A stretch of DNA of 63,973 bases, the filler included, from Octopus bimaculoides (Eukaryota), in NCBI RefSeq assembly GCF_001194135.2. It is 7 parts of 6 records of this genome, joined end to end, with 100 filler letters (N's around TTAATTAATTAA, not from the genome) between each part and the next. Parts side by side here need not be neighbours in the genome. Positions count along the whole stretch, not along the records: positions 1 to 17,469 come from NC_068981.1; positions 17,570 to 36,696 come from NC_069003.1; 5 more parts are not named here. One strand, written 5' to 3'. The notes below the pieces were generated by a model. It ran no database searches. It was not told the DNA's origin and worked only from the letters and a program-made list of their open reading frames with translations. The translations under genes and the position numbers were made by a program. This document shows, piece after piece, positions 15,701-26,642 of the stretch. Within the stretch, counting starts at the first letter, position 1, and each line of letters begins with the position of its first letter.

Positions 15701-17513
15701 TGTTGAACTGGTACTTATTTTATCGACCCTGATATGCCGAACGGCAAAGTCGGCCCCAGTGGCATAAGAACTCAGAAGCTAAAGGCGGGCGATACGCCAA
15801 GTATTCTGCCAGCATGCCGCCCTGTGTATCTGTAATATTAGCAAGACACATAAAATATAAACATAATAATTGGTTAAAACCATGTTTAATGTATATATTT
15901 TTTATTTAAACTATTTTTTTATGTACATAAAATATAAAACATTATCTTCATCAACATCAACATCGTCGTCCTCATCATCGTTACCACCACCACCATCACC
16001 ACCATAATCTTCTTCATCATCATCATCATCATCATCATCAACAACATCTACATCATCACTATCATCATCATCATCGACATCGTCATCATCAACATCATCA
16101 TCATCATCATCGTCATCATCATCATCATCACCATTACGACAAGTGATTTACTTTCCACTCTCACAATCAAATTTCATTGACATCAATGATTATTTTGGTG
16201 AAACGCTGTGTCATGTTTAATATTTTCTGTTAATTCAGAAATTTATGTACAAATCAATAGAGAAAATTACTGAGAACAATAACAAAATGTTTGAAAAGCG
16301 AAACATAATACATTCTATAAATGTTGTTTTTTATTGTATTGCTGTCATTATAGATGCGTGTCAGGCATAGGTCCACATTGAATGTTAGGAGCGAGTAGTG
16401 TGATTCAATTATTTCCGGAATTCTAGCACTAATTTAGAATGAAGTCTTTTGATTCTAAGAGTAATGTCATGTTTATGGTTTGTATTAGATTTCTTCTGGG
16501 CAACCATGTATATTTAACGAGTCGAAGATGAAATAAATATCGACGTATTGTGTAATATTACAATGATATTTCGTGCTTATGCATATTACGTAAGATGAAA
16601 AACAAACACGATATACGAGTCGTGAAGGATTCCATTATGCGGTATCTAGATGTGCTTGAAATAGCAGTCATTTCAGGCAGACTATAGCATTAAAACCGAG
16701 TGTGTATTCAGGATTTATATGATGCTGGAGGCATCGGCAACAAATGCATATTTGACAAAGGCACAACGGATTGCGAAATCTGCAGGAGGTCGGCTTACTA
16801 GCCAAACATTCGATAAATTGCATGCATATAAGACACATTGCTGTGTATAATGTCCATTAAGTCTCAGTAAGCACGTCGCATATCACTAAAGAGTTTTATA
16901 TGGTAGTGTGGTTTTGTTGATGTTACATTTATGCTTTGCGTTGCTGTTTCGTAAGCTAATGCATTTGCACATCAGCCCGTTACCATTTTTTCATCTATGA
17001 TCTCATTATCCGTTTACATCTAACATCTCGGATACGAAACGTTGTAACAAATATCAATGCTGGCAATAATTTCTATTGGATATCAGTAGAGATAACTTTA
17101 TCAAGTGATTTTTGTGTGTGCCTTGGATTTTTCATAATAATGATCGATTTACTGTCCAAACTGTTATTATAATAACCAGTCATTCTTTTGTTAATTCAGG
17201 ACTACTTTTCTGCATTTAGAACTCCATCGCTGGGCTAGGTTTCTGCCATTATTGTCTGAAAATATATATTACCTAAACGCACTAAGGGGTGAACTTTTAA
17301 AGTATATTGTAATGCACAGTTATTCACCCATGGAGGTGTTTATTGATGATGCACATGTATTCTTGAGTCGGGGGAATATCTGCAACTTTTTTGAAGAATT
17401 TGTACAGATATCCTCTAACTCAGTGATTCCCAAGGTGGGGCGTACGCCCCACTGGTGGGGCCTGAGAAANNNNNNNNNNNNNNNNNNNNNNNNNNNNNNN
17501 NNNNNNNNNNNNN

Positions 17514-17525
17514 TTAATTAATTAA
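17514..17525. other. Assembly gap pad TTAATTAATTAA (not biological)
   Basis: The same 12-mer sits between N runs at 17514, 36741, 52283, 57121, 60998 and 62890. Confidence 0.95.
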
Positions 17526-20500
17526 NNNNNNNNNNNNNNNNNNNNNNNNNNNNNNNNNNNNNNNNNNNNCCCAGTGTTCCACTGGTACTTATTTTATCGT
17601 TTCTGAAAGGATGGAAAGCAAAGTCGACCTCGGTGGAATTTGAACTCAGAACGTAAAGACGAACGAAATACCGCCGAGCATTTTGCCCGGCGTGCTAACG
17701 ATTCTACGAGATCGACACCTTCAGAAATACTCCTTTCCACTATAGGCACAAGGCCTGAAATTTTGGGGGAGGGGACAAGTCGATTACATCGACCCCAGTG
17801 TTTCACTGGTACTTAATTTATCGACTTCGAAAGGACGAAAGACAAAGTCGACTTCGGTGGAATTTGAACTCAGAACGTAAAGACAGACGAAATGCCGCTA
17901 AGCATTTTGCCCCACGTGCTAACCATTCTACAAGATTAATACCCTCAGTAATCATAGCAATAATAATTGTAATAATAACAATAACAACAATTTTTTAATG
18001 TATCAATTATTTATATAGGAAAAAAACCAGTGAAATGAGGTGTTCATACTTTTCATAACTTCATAGCATTTTTACTGAAATTGTTTTAACACGTAATTAA
18101 AACTATATCACAAAATCAATCACGATATATGTCTCTGCTAGACAATAATTAATAATTATAAGAATTAACAAAATAAGAAAAAATAACTATACAACAATAT
18201 TTGTTACTAAGTTATCCAGGATAAGGGCCAACACTGCCCGTTATATTCTTTTTCTTTTTTTACTTTTGCCTTTCAGATCAGAAAAAGTTTCATAGATTAA
18301 AACAATCTTAATATTTGACTGGTTAATATGTTGGTGATCTGGCAGAATCGTTACCTCGCCGGACAAAATGCTTAGCGGCTTTTCGTTCGTCTTTACGTTG
18401 CGTGTTCAAATGCCGCCGGAGTCGACTTTGCCTTTCATCCTTTCGAGGTCGATAAATCAAATACCAGTTGCTTACTGGGGTCGATCTAATCGACTGACCT
18501 CCCTTCCCCCTCCCCCCAAATTTTGGGCCTTGTGCCTAGAATAGAAAAGAATATTTTAACATTCCTGACGGAAAGAATTGATAGAGAAGCTGGAAAAATC
18601 TAGGTGGGTGCTCTACTAATTTGAACAACTCTCCACCAATAATTGCTTCCAATTTAGGTGCAAAGCCAGAAAATTCAAGGGGAGGTGCTTGATCGATACC
18701 ATTGGCCTCTACTTGATTTTAGGAACTTCTAAAAGAATCAAAGACAAAGGTGAATTCGGTATAACTGGAGCTCAGAGCCTGAAGTGTCGAAAAATTCTTC
18801 AGACTATTTTTCCGATGCTCTAACGATTATGCCAGTTCGTCGCCTTTTCATGGCCCCTTAGTTAAGGTACAAGGTTAGCAATTTTGAAGATCGAGGGGTA
18901 ATTTGATTACTTCGGCCCCAGTACATGACTGCTGCTTTATTTTATAAACCTCTAGAGTATGAAAGACGAAGCTGATCTTGGCTGTAGTTGAAACTGCAAT
19001 TCACAGAACCAGAAACTCCTCAATAGTACAAATTATTTCTTGCAAAGGGAAAATTTTAGGAGACAAGAAACTGACGCTAACATTGACCTTATTACTTAGA
19101 CCTGATGAAAATAAACGGTTATGTAAACCCTTGTGGAATTTGACCCTTAATGAGCTGTAAATACCACAAGGCGCTTTGCCTAACACTACTTTTTCTGCCA
19201 TTCAGACGCTCAAATAATTTCTTAGAAATTCACCAGAGATACATTTGGGAGTGGCATTCGTTGAGAAAAATGAAGCCCAGAATAAGACCGGCACTATTTT
19301 ATAGACACCCAGAAAGACAAAATACGAAATTCATCCCCAGCAGGATTTGAACCCAGAACGTAGAGATCTGGAAACAAATGCTGCAACGTACTTTTGTCCG
19401 GTGCTATAAAGATTCCTTCCTCTAAACCACCACTGCAAGGTAATATCGATTTCTCGTATATAGTCACAAAGACAAAAATACGAGGTAGTGGGGAGGCAAT
19501 GATCGATTGTCCTGTCCCCGGCACGGACCCTGGAACGATAAACAACCAGAGCTGACTTCCCCGAGAGTTGAATTAACGAGAGAGAGAGAGCGAGCGAGAG
19601 AGGGGGGTTGGGAAACGAATGCCACAAAACAGTTTATGCGTTGCTAGACCAACCCGGTCATTTCACCATCCTAATTACACGTCTTATTCGCAAAAACTCT
19701 GAGAGGGCGGTCGTTGGTCGATATCATCGATCGACGCGCAAATGACTCATTCTATTTTTTTTTTTTGTNNNNNNNNNNNNNNNNNNNNNNNNNNNNNNNN
19801 NNNNNNNNNNNNNNNNNNNNNNNNNNNNNNNNNNNNNNNNNNNNNNNNNNNNNNNNNNNNNNNNNNNNNNNNNNNNNNNNNNNNNNNNNNNNNNNNNNNN
19901 NNNNNNNNNNNNNNNNNNNNNNNNNNNNNNNNNNNNNNNNNNNNNNNNNNNNNNNNNNNNNNNNNNNNNNNNNNNNNNNNNNNNNNNNNNNNNNNNNNNN
20001 NNNNNNNNNNNNNNNNNNNNNNNNNNNNNNNNNNNNNNNNNNNNNNNNNNNNNNNNNNNNNNNNNNNNNNNNNNNNNNNNNNNNNNNNNNNNNNNNNNNN
20101 NNNNNNNNNNNNNNNNNNNNNNNNNNNNNNNNNNNNNNNNNNNNNNNNNNNNNNNNNNNNNNNNNNNNNNNNNNNNNNNNNNNNNNNNNNNNNNNNNNNN
20201 NNNNNNNNNNNNNNNNNNNNNNNNNNNNNNNNNNNNNNNNNNNNNNNNNNNNNNNNNNNNNNNNNNNNNNNNNNNNNNNNNNNNNNNNNNNNNNNNNNNN
20301 NNNNNNNNNNNNNNNNNNNNNNNNNNNNNNNNNNNNNNNNNNNNNNNNNNNNNNNNNNNNNNNNNNNNNNNNNNNNNNNNNNNNNNNNNNNNNNNNNNNN
20401 NNNNNNNNNNNNNNNNNNNNNNNNNNNNNNNNNNNNNNNNNNNNNNNNNNNNNNNNNNNNNNNNNNNNNNNNNNNNNNNNNNNNNNNNNNNNNNNNNNNN

Positions 20501-20700
20501 NNNNNNNNNNNNNNNNNNNNNNNNNNNNNNNNNNNNNNNNNNNNNNNNNNNNNNNNNNNNNNNNNNNNNNNNNNNNNNNNNNNNNNNNNNNNNNNNNNNG
20601 CTAATGTAAAAAGAAATGGAATGGCGAAACTATTTCTTTCGTTTTCCGAAAAAGCAACGTTTTGGACTTACGACACTTTTTCATAATAGCAACGATACGA

Positions 20701-20733
<33 letters not shown>

Positions 20734-21764
20734 GATAGATAGATAGATAGATAAGCCTTTCTACTATAAGCACATGGTCTGAAATTTTAGGGGAGGGGGG
20801 GGGGCTAGTCATTTAGATCGACCTCAGTATATGACTGGTGCTTATTTTATCGACCCCTAAAAGTGAAAGACAAAGTCGACCTCGGCCGAATTTGAACTCG
20901 GAACGTACAACTGAAAGAATTGCTGCTAAGCGTTTTGTCAAGCATGCTAACCATTCTGCCAGCCTGCTGTCCTCATACATAGTTATATATACATGATGAT
21001 GATAATAATAATAATATATACATGATAATAGCTTCAAATTTTGTAGAAACTTAACAATTTTAGGGGTAGACTTTTAGCTGATAGCATCGTCTCCAGTATT
21101 TGTCTGGTTCTTTATTTTAGCGACCCCCGGAGGAATGAAAAGCAACGATGATCTGGGAGGGATTTTAAATAAGGACAAAAACCGCAAGGTATTTTGTCTG
21201 ATGCTACAACAATTCAGCCAAATCTCCATCTTTCTAAAAAAAAAATAATAATAATCAATAAGTATTGATTAATAGCAATAATTGTTTGATGACATAACAG
21301 ACAAATGTACACAGTTGGAGGCGGGGGAAGGATGGGTGTAATCGACTAAAACGGTACAACTGTATTACTGGTACTTTATCACCCCACAATCCGCCCGACA
21401 AAAAAAATGGAAAGCAAAGCAGCAAAGTCAGCGTCACCATGATTCGATCTCAGAACGTAGTGTAAGATATGACGTTTTTTTTTCAGACCATCTGTTGACT
21501 TTATCAATTCACTGCTTTTTATATAACTATGACAATTACAAGTAGTAGTAGTAGTAGTAGTAGTAATAGGAGGAGTAGTAGTAAACAGACAAGATGTTAT
21601 AAATACGAAAAGGTACAAAAACAAGAAAAAAAACAAGTAAACGGAAAAAAATAAAAATAACTGAATTTACAGTTAAAACATTTGAAATCCGTAACAAAAG
21701 GCAAAAAAAAAAACAAAACAAAAAAACTGTAATAATAGCTTATCGTATCTTCGTTAACAGGCTC

Positions 21765-21877
21765 TCATCTAATAGTTTTCAAGAAGGAAATCGGCGAGAA
21801 GAGGTTCTCTTGTGATCCTTTACGTAAACATGGGAAACAATCCCATAAACACATGATCTCATCTGAACCTGCCGAAG
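21765..21877 (-). CDS. cdc20-like: Cdc20/Fizzy-family WD40 protein, terminal coding exon with IR tail
   Basis: Acceptor ttttttgcttcctttcatttcAG; phase 1 joins the previous exon in frame. Translates (A)SAGSDEIMCLWDCFPCLRKGSQENLFSPISFLKTIR*, matching ASAAADETLRLW and the C-terminal IR motif. Confidence 0.93.
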
Positions 21878-21914
21878 CTGAAATGAAAGGAAGCAAAAAA
21901 TTAGTAAATAATAA

Positions 21915-22515
21915 AAAATTCTTTCTACTATAGGCACAAGGCCTGAAATTTGAGGGGAGGGGACCAGTCGATTAGATCGAACCAGTACGCAACTGGTACT
22001 TAATTTATNNNNNNNNNNACTGAAAGGATGAGAGGCAAAGTCGACCTCGGCCGAATTTGAACTCAGAACGTGGTGATGAGGGGAAATACTGCTCAGCCTT
22101 TTGTCCGGCGTGCTACCGATGCTGCCAGCTCGCCGCCTTAATAATAATAATCTTTTCTATTCTAGGCACAATGCCAAAAATTTGGTGGGAGGGGACCAGT
22201 CGATTAGATCGAACCAGTACGCAACTGGTACTTAATTTATTGACTCCCGAAAGGTCGACCTCGGCGGAATTTGTACTCAGAACGTAAAAATAATAAAATC
22301 GATAATAATGGTTTCATATTTTGCCACAAGGGCAGCAATTTTGTGGGGAGGAGATCGATTACACCGACCCTAGTGTTCAACTGGTACTTATTTTATCGAC
22401 CCAGAAACGATGAAAGGCAAAGACGACCTCGGCGGAATTTGAACCCAGACCATAAAGACAGACGAAATACCGCTAAGCATTTCGCCCGGTGTCCTAACGT
22501 TTCTGCCAGTTCGCC
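21915..22515 (-). mobile_element. Three head-to-tail SINE family C copies in the last intron of the cdc20-like gene
   Basis: Repeated GGCACAAGG..AAATTT..GGGGAGGGG..AGTCGATTAGATCG..GTCGACCTCGGCGGAATTTG units at about 21915-22140, 22150-22290 and 22305-22515. Confidence 0.85.
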
Positions 22516-23437
22516 AATATGGAGATTGAAGAACAACAGTTGAGCAAGGGGGCTCGTCCCTGTGATGGAATAAGGTTGCTGCTGGACCTGTGGGATTCCT
22601 TGATTGACCCCTAGTTTGATTGCATCATAGTTGTACTAACAATTTATCTGTGTACTTTTATCCTATCTCTTCCCTTTCTTTTCCCCCCACATCTCGTATA
22701 TAAACTCTTGCACGATTTGTAGACTGTCCTCTTAACGTCTCCTTTATCTGATGTCCTTGTGGCAAATTATAGAAATTATTATTATTGTCATTATCATGTC
22801 GGCTTTTAGTGTAGTTTGTTTTGTGTTTGTTTTGTGGGGGGGGGGGGGTTCATCCAAACCTCATGTGTTTTTATTAAGGAAATATCATTTTGTGTCAGTT
22901 TCAATATCCTGCTAATTGTGAACTGTCACTGGAAACTGATTTAAACAGGATTTTGACAACTTAGAAGAAAACAGAAAAAGCAAGAGATAAAAATAAAAAA
23001 AGAGAAAAGAAGAAGAGGATAATGGGGGGAAAATATAAAGGAAAAACAAAATAAGAGAATGCAAACACTGAGAGAAATAGGAGAGGAAAAGGAGAAGAAA
23101 CGAAGATGACGAGAAAGAGAGAAGAAATAAGGAGATGAAGTGTAGGAGGAGAGGTGGGGGGAATGGAAAACCATATACATGTAGTGTATAAATAAACAGC
23201 TAAATAAAATGGAAGCTATTTAATTCTAATTACCAATTACTGAGACGACTAATCGTCAAATATATTATAAACAATAATAAAACAGGCGAAGAGTGAGATA
23301 TTTAATAAAGCAGAGAAATACTTAATAAAGTTATGCCATCGGTGTTTGATATCAAATAATCACCGTTAAAATATATTGATATGACATGCAGCTGTGTCTG
23401 TAAGAGAGTGTGTGTCTGACCGTATGTGTGAGTTTTA

Positions 23438-23483
<46 letters not shown>

Positions 23484-23587
23484 CACACACACACATTACA
23501 TTTAGAAACAGTCGCCATATACATAAATATATATATATATATACTCACACACAGATTACATCTAGGAACAGTCGGTGTGTGTGTATG

Positions 23588-23624
<37 letters not shown>

Positions 23625-23720
23625 CGACTAACACACATATACACACTACATTTTAAAACAGTCATATGCATATATACATGCACACACTACAAATGTTTCT
23701 CTCATNNNNNNNNNNTATAT

Positions 23721-23751
<31 letters not shown>

Positions 23752-25145
23752 TTACATTTAGAAACAGTAGCTATATACATAAATATACACAGATATATAT
23801 ATATATATATATATAGCGACTAACACATACATATACACACACTACGTTTTAAAACGGTCGTTATATGCATATAGACATGCACACACTACAAAAGTTTCTC
23901 TCTCTCTCATACATATACACATATATATATATTAGATATGACTTCTTCAGAATTTAGTATTTATTCAGAGAATCGGCGATTACGTGTGCAAGAGTGTTTG
24001 AATGTCAGTGTATAAAATAATTCCGTAAATAGTTTTATGTTTTTCTACACTTACATACATACATATACATATATATATACACACATGCACAAAATTACAC
24101 CATACTACAAGCTCAAAATGAAATTAAAACACACACACACACACACACACAACTGCGGACACACAAATAACACACCTCTATATGCAATTTGAATGCGAGT
24201 AGTGTTATGTGGTTAAGCAGTTTGCTTCGAAACCTTGTGTTTCAAGTTCGATTCCATTGTGCAACAGATTCCATCATAAACACCGGTTGGCCAATGTGTT
24301 GCGCGTCCAATGTAACTGACGGACACCGCGCAGTAGCTTGAAATGTGTGCATAACAGAGAAGAAATACGTTTAAATTTTTTTTTATTTGTATCGCTCTGC
24401 CCAAGCGAAACAAAGAGTGAGAGCGCGCGTGCGCGCGTGCGCGTGCGTGCGTGCGCGCGTGCGTCCTCTACCACTACTTGACAACGGGGTGTTGATTTGT
24501 TACGTGCCCCGTAACTTAGTGGTTCACCAAAGAGCCCAATAGAATATATACCAGACTTTAAGATAAGTGCTGGGGGTAGATTTGTTCTACGTGTTTTGCG
24601 TATGTGTGTCGGCACGCGTTTTTCGCGTGGGCGCATGGCTGCGTGCGCGTGTACGCGTTTACGTGTGTGTGCGCGTGTGCGTTCTATCTTGTTCTTCGAC
24701 TGCCCTTCATGTGGTCACGCTTGTTTGCGTGCATGGGTCTGCGTGAGTATGCGCCCGCTTATATGTGCGAGAGTATATGCTTTTGTCTGAGTGCGTGTGC
24801 ATGCATATGAGCGCATGTTTATGTGCATGCATGTGCGCATATTTGTGAATGTGTGCGATCCTGTGCATGCGTGTGCATACGCGTGGTGTTTGTGTGTGTG
24901 CACGCACACACACAAATATGGTTGCATGGTTAAGAAGTTTGCATGACAGGCACATGGGTCGCACGTTCGGTTCCACCGCGCTGTGTTTTCTATGATAATC
25001 GTTATGTAATCTCAAAAAGTATGACCTAGCGATTCGATTAAAAATAGGTAAAACAAAAAAAAAACCTGAGACTGAGGTGTTTTGTAACGTCCACCTGCAT
25101 CGTGGCCACAGATGTGTGTCTATGAAGGCAAAGAAAATATATTAC

Positions 25146-25332
25146 CAAGAGTGGAACCCGATGGGCTGAGCGCCAGATGGAGTGGTTTCGCTTCGTGCTG
25201 TCGTAGTGTGCCCACTAATTCGTAATTATCAGGAGTACGATCCTTCCATATGGCAATAAGATTCGGGAAGTTGGTACCAGCAAGCGCAGTTACGAGTTCT
25301 TTGTAATCTGACGACCATAAAAGATTGCAGAC
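25146..25332 (-). CDS. cdc20-like: Cdc20/Fizzy-family WD40 protein, penultimate coding exon
   Basis: Acceptor ttctctttgactctgcAG, donor GTaata; 187 nt, phase 0/1. Translates VCNLLWSSDYKELVTALAGTNFPNLIAIWKDRTPDNYELVGTLRQHEAKPLHLALSPSGSTL, matching Cdc20 VCSILWSPHYKELIS...IWK...H...LTMSPDG. Confidence 0.93.
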
Positions 25333-25570
25333 CTGCAGAGTCAAAGAGAAGAAGAGATTTTTAGTCAAGAACCTGGGAGCCTCGTATGAACTTCAGATCC
25401 TTCTGAAGATTAAACACCGATACGAGTTTGGGGGAATATCTTATCCGGGCGGATTCAGTATAAGCTCTCGGCTAACTGCTATGGTCAGTCATTATAATAT
25501 GTTGTGTATAAAATAAGCTTCGTGGATGTACAAGTGGCTATACTCTTTATTATTACTTTATACTCTTTAT

Positions 25571-25627
<57 letters not shown>

Positions 25628-25628
<1 letters not shown>

Positions 25629-25669
25629 ACTGTCCGATGAACGGGAACGTGAAACTCAGAGTAACGGTT
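25628..25669 (+). ncRNA. Minimal type I hammerhead ribozyme-like motif (U4C variant)
   Basis: AACTGT-CCGATGA-ACG GGAA CGT-GAAA-CTCAGAG-TA-ACGGTT: stem I 6 bp, core CCGAUGA, stem II 3 bp with tetraloop, GAAA, short near-palindromic stem III, GUA triplet. Confidence 0.65.
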
Positions 25670-25774
25670 TTTTTGTTATATTTCTGCTGCTTTCAAATAA
25701 AGCATATTACTCTACCTCTGGTATTTGAGTACTCTTTTTTCCACCTTGTTGCACATTTCATGTGCTTACTCCGG
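25628..25774 (+). mobile_element. ~147-bp hammerhead-bearing element between (TA)n tracts, probably derived from a Penelope-like terminal repeat
   Basis: Non-microsatellite segment bounded by TA repeats on both sides and starting with the hammerhead fold. The Penelope link is inferred from the known association of minimal hammerheads with these elements. Confidence 0.45.
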
Positions 25775-25795
25775 TATATATACACACACACACAC

Positions 25796-25834
<39 letters not shown>

Positions 25835-26516
25835 GGTCTAACGTTTTGCCAACTCGCCATGGTCGTTTCTGGTTCAATCCCACTGCGTGGTACTTTCAGC
25901 AAACTTTTTTCTACTAGCCGCAGGCCTATAAAACAGAGTGGATTGATAAACGGAAACTAAAAGAAGCCCTCCGGGTGTGTGTATGTATTAGGTACATATG
26001 TGCGTGTGTGTGTGTGTTTACCCGTGCCTTGAATTCCCATATTGGTTGTAAACAAGCGTCCCCGTTATGCAACCGATGCCGTTTGCAATAAATAAGTCTT
26101 TTTATGAGAAAATTTTACTTTGCTTGGAATCGAAACCGTTGGCGACAGGAACGATACCCGGCCGTATGAAAATCTGACTCAACGAATTCTGTGTGAACCA
26201 TGCAAGCAGGAAAAAGGCGACGTTGAGATGACGATATCTAAAGTCACTGAGTTGCCAAATGCGAAAGCTTTTTAAACTTTAATATACACCACAAAAGAGA
26301 GAGAAATCATCTAATTAGCGAGTTCATGAGAATTATTAAATTAAAAATGACTATATTTTACAAAATTTTTACAATATTATTTCCAAAATACTGAAATATT
26401 TTCTAGAGAGCGTTAACGCGCGAGGTGGAGTGAAGAGCGAAGTGAAAAACGAGGTGGAGTGAAGAGCGAGCGAGAGATAGAGTAAGTGAGTGAGGGTAAA
26501 GCTGTTTTTATCTCAC

Positions 26517-26642
26517 CTTGGAATTCACTGTAGTTTCCCGGAGCATTTTCCCTGTTGGAGCATGCCACAGTTTTATCGATCCATTCGTTTCATACCCTCC
26601 AGTTGCCAAAACATTTGAGCGCCATGGACACCATGCTAAAGC
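26517..26642 (-). CDS. cdc20-like: Cdc20/Fizzy-family WD40 protein, internal coding exon (third from last)
   Basis: Acceptor tttttttgttAG, donor GTgaga; 126 nt, phase 0/0. Translates [42 protein letters not shown], matching the recalled Cdc20 segment [27 protein letters not shown]...SQ. Confidence 0.93.

Noticed and set aside
16710-16850. Short open frames after tattcAG on the + strand
   Set aside because: No recognisable domain or partner exon.
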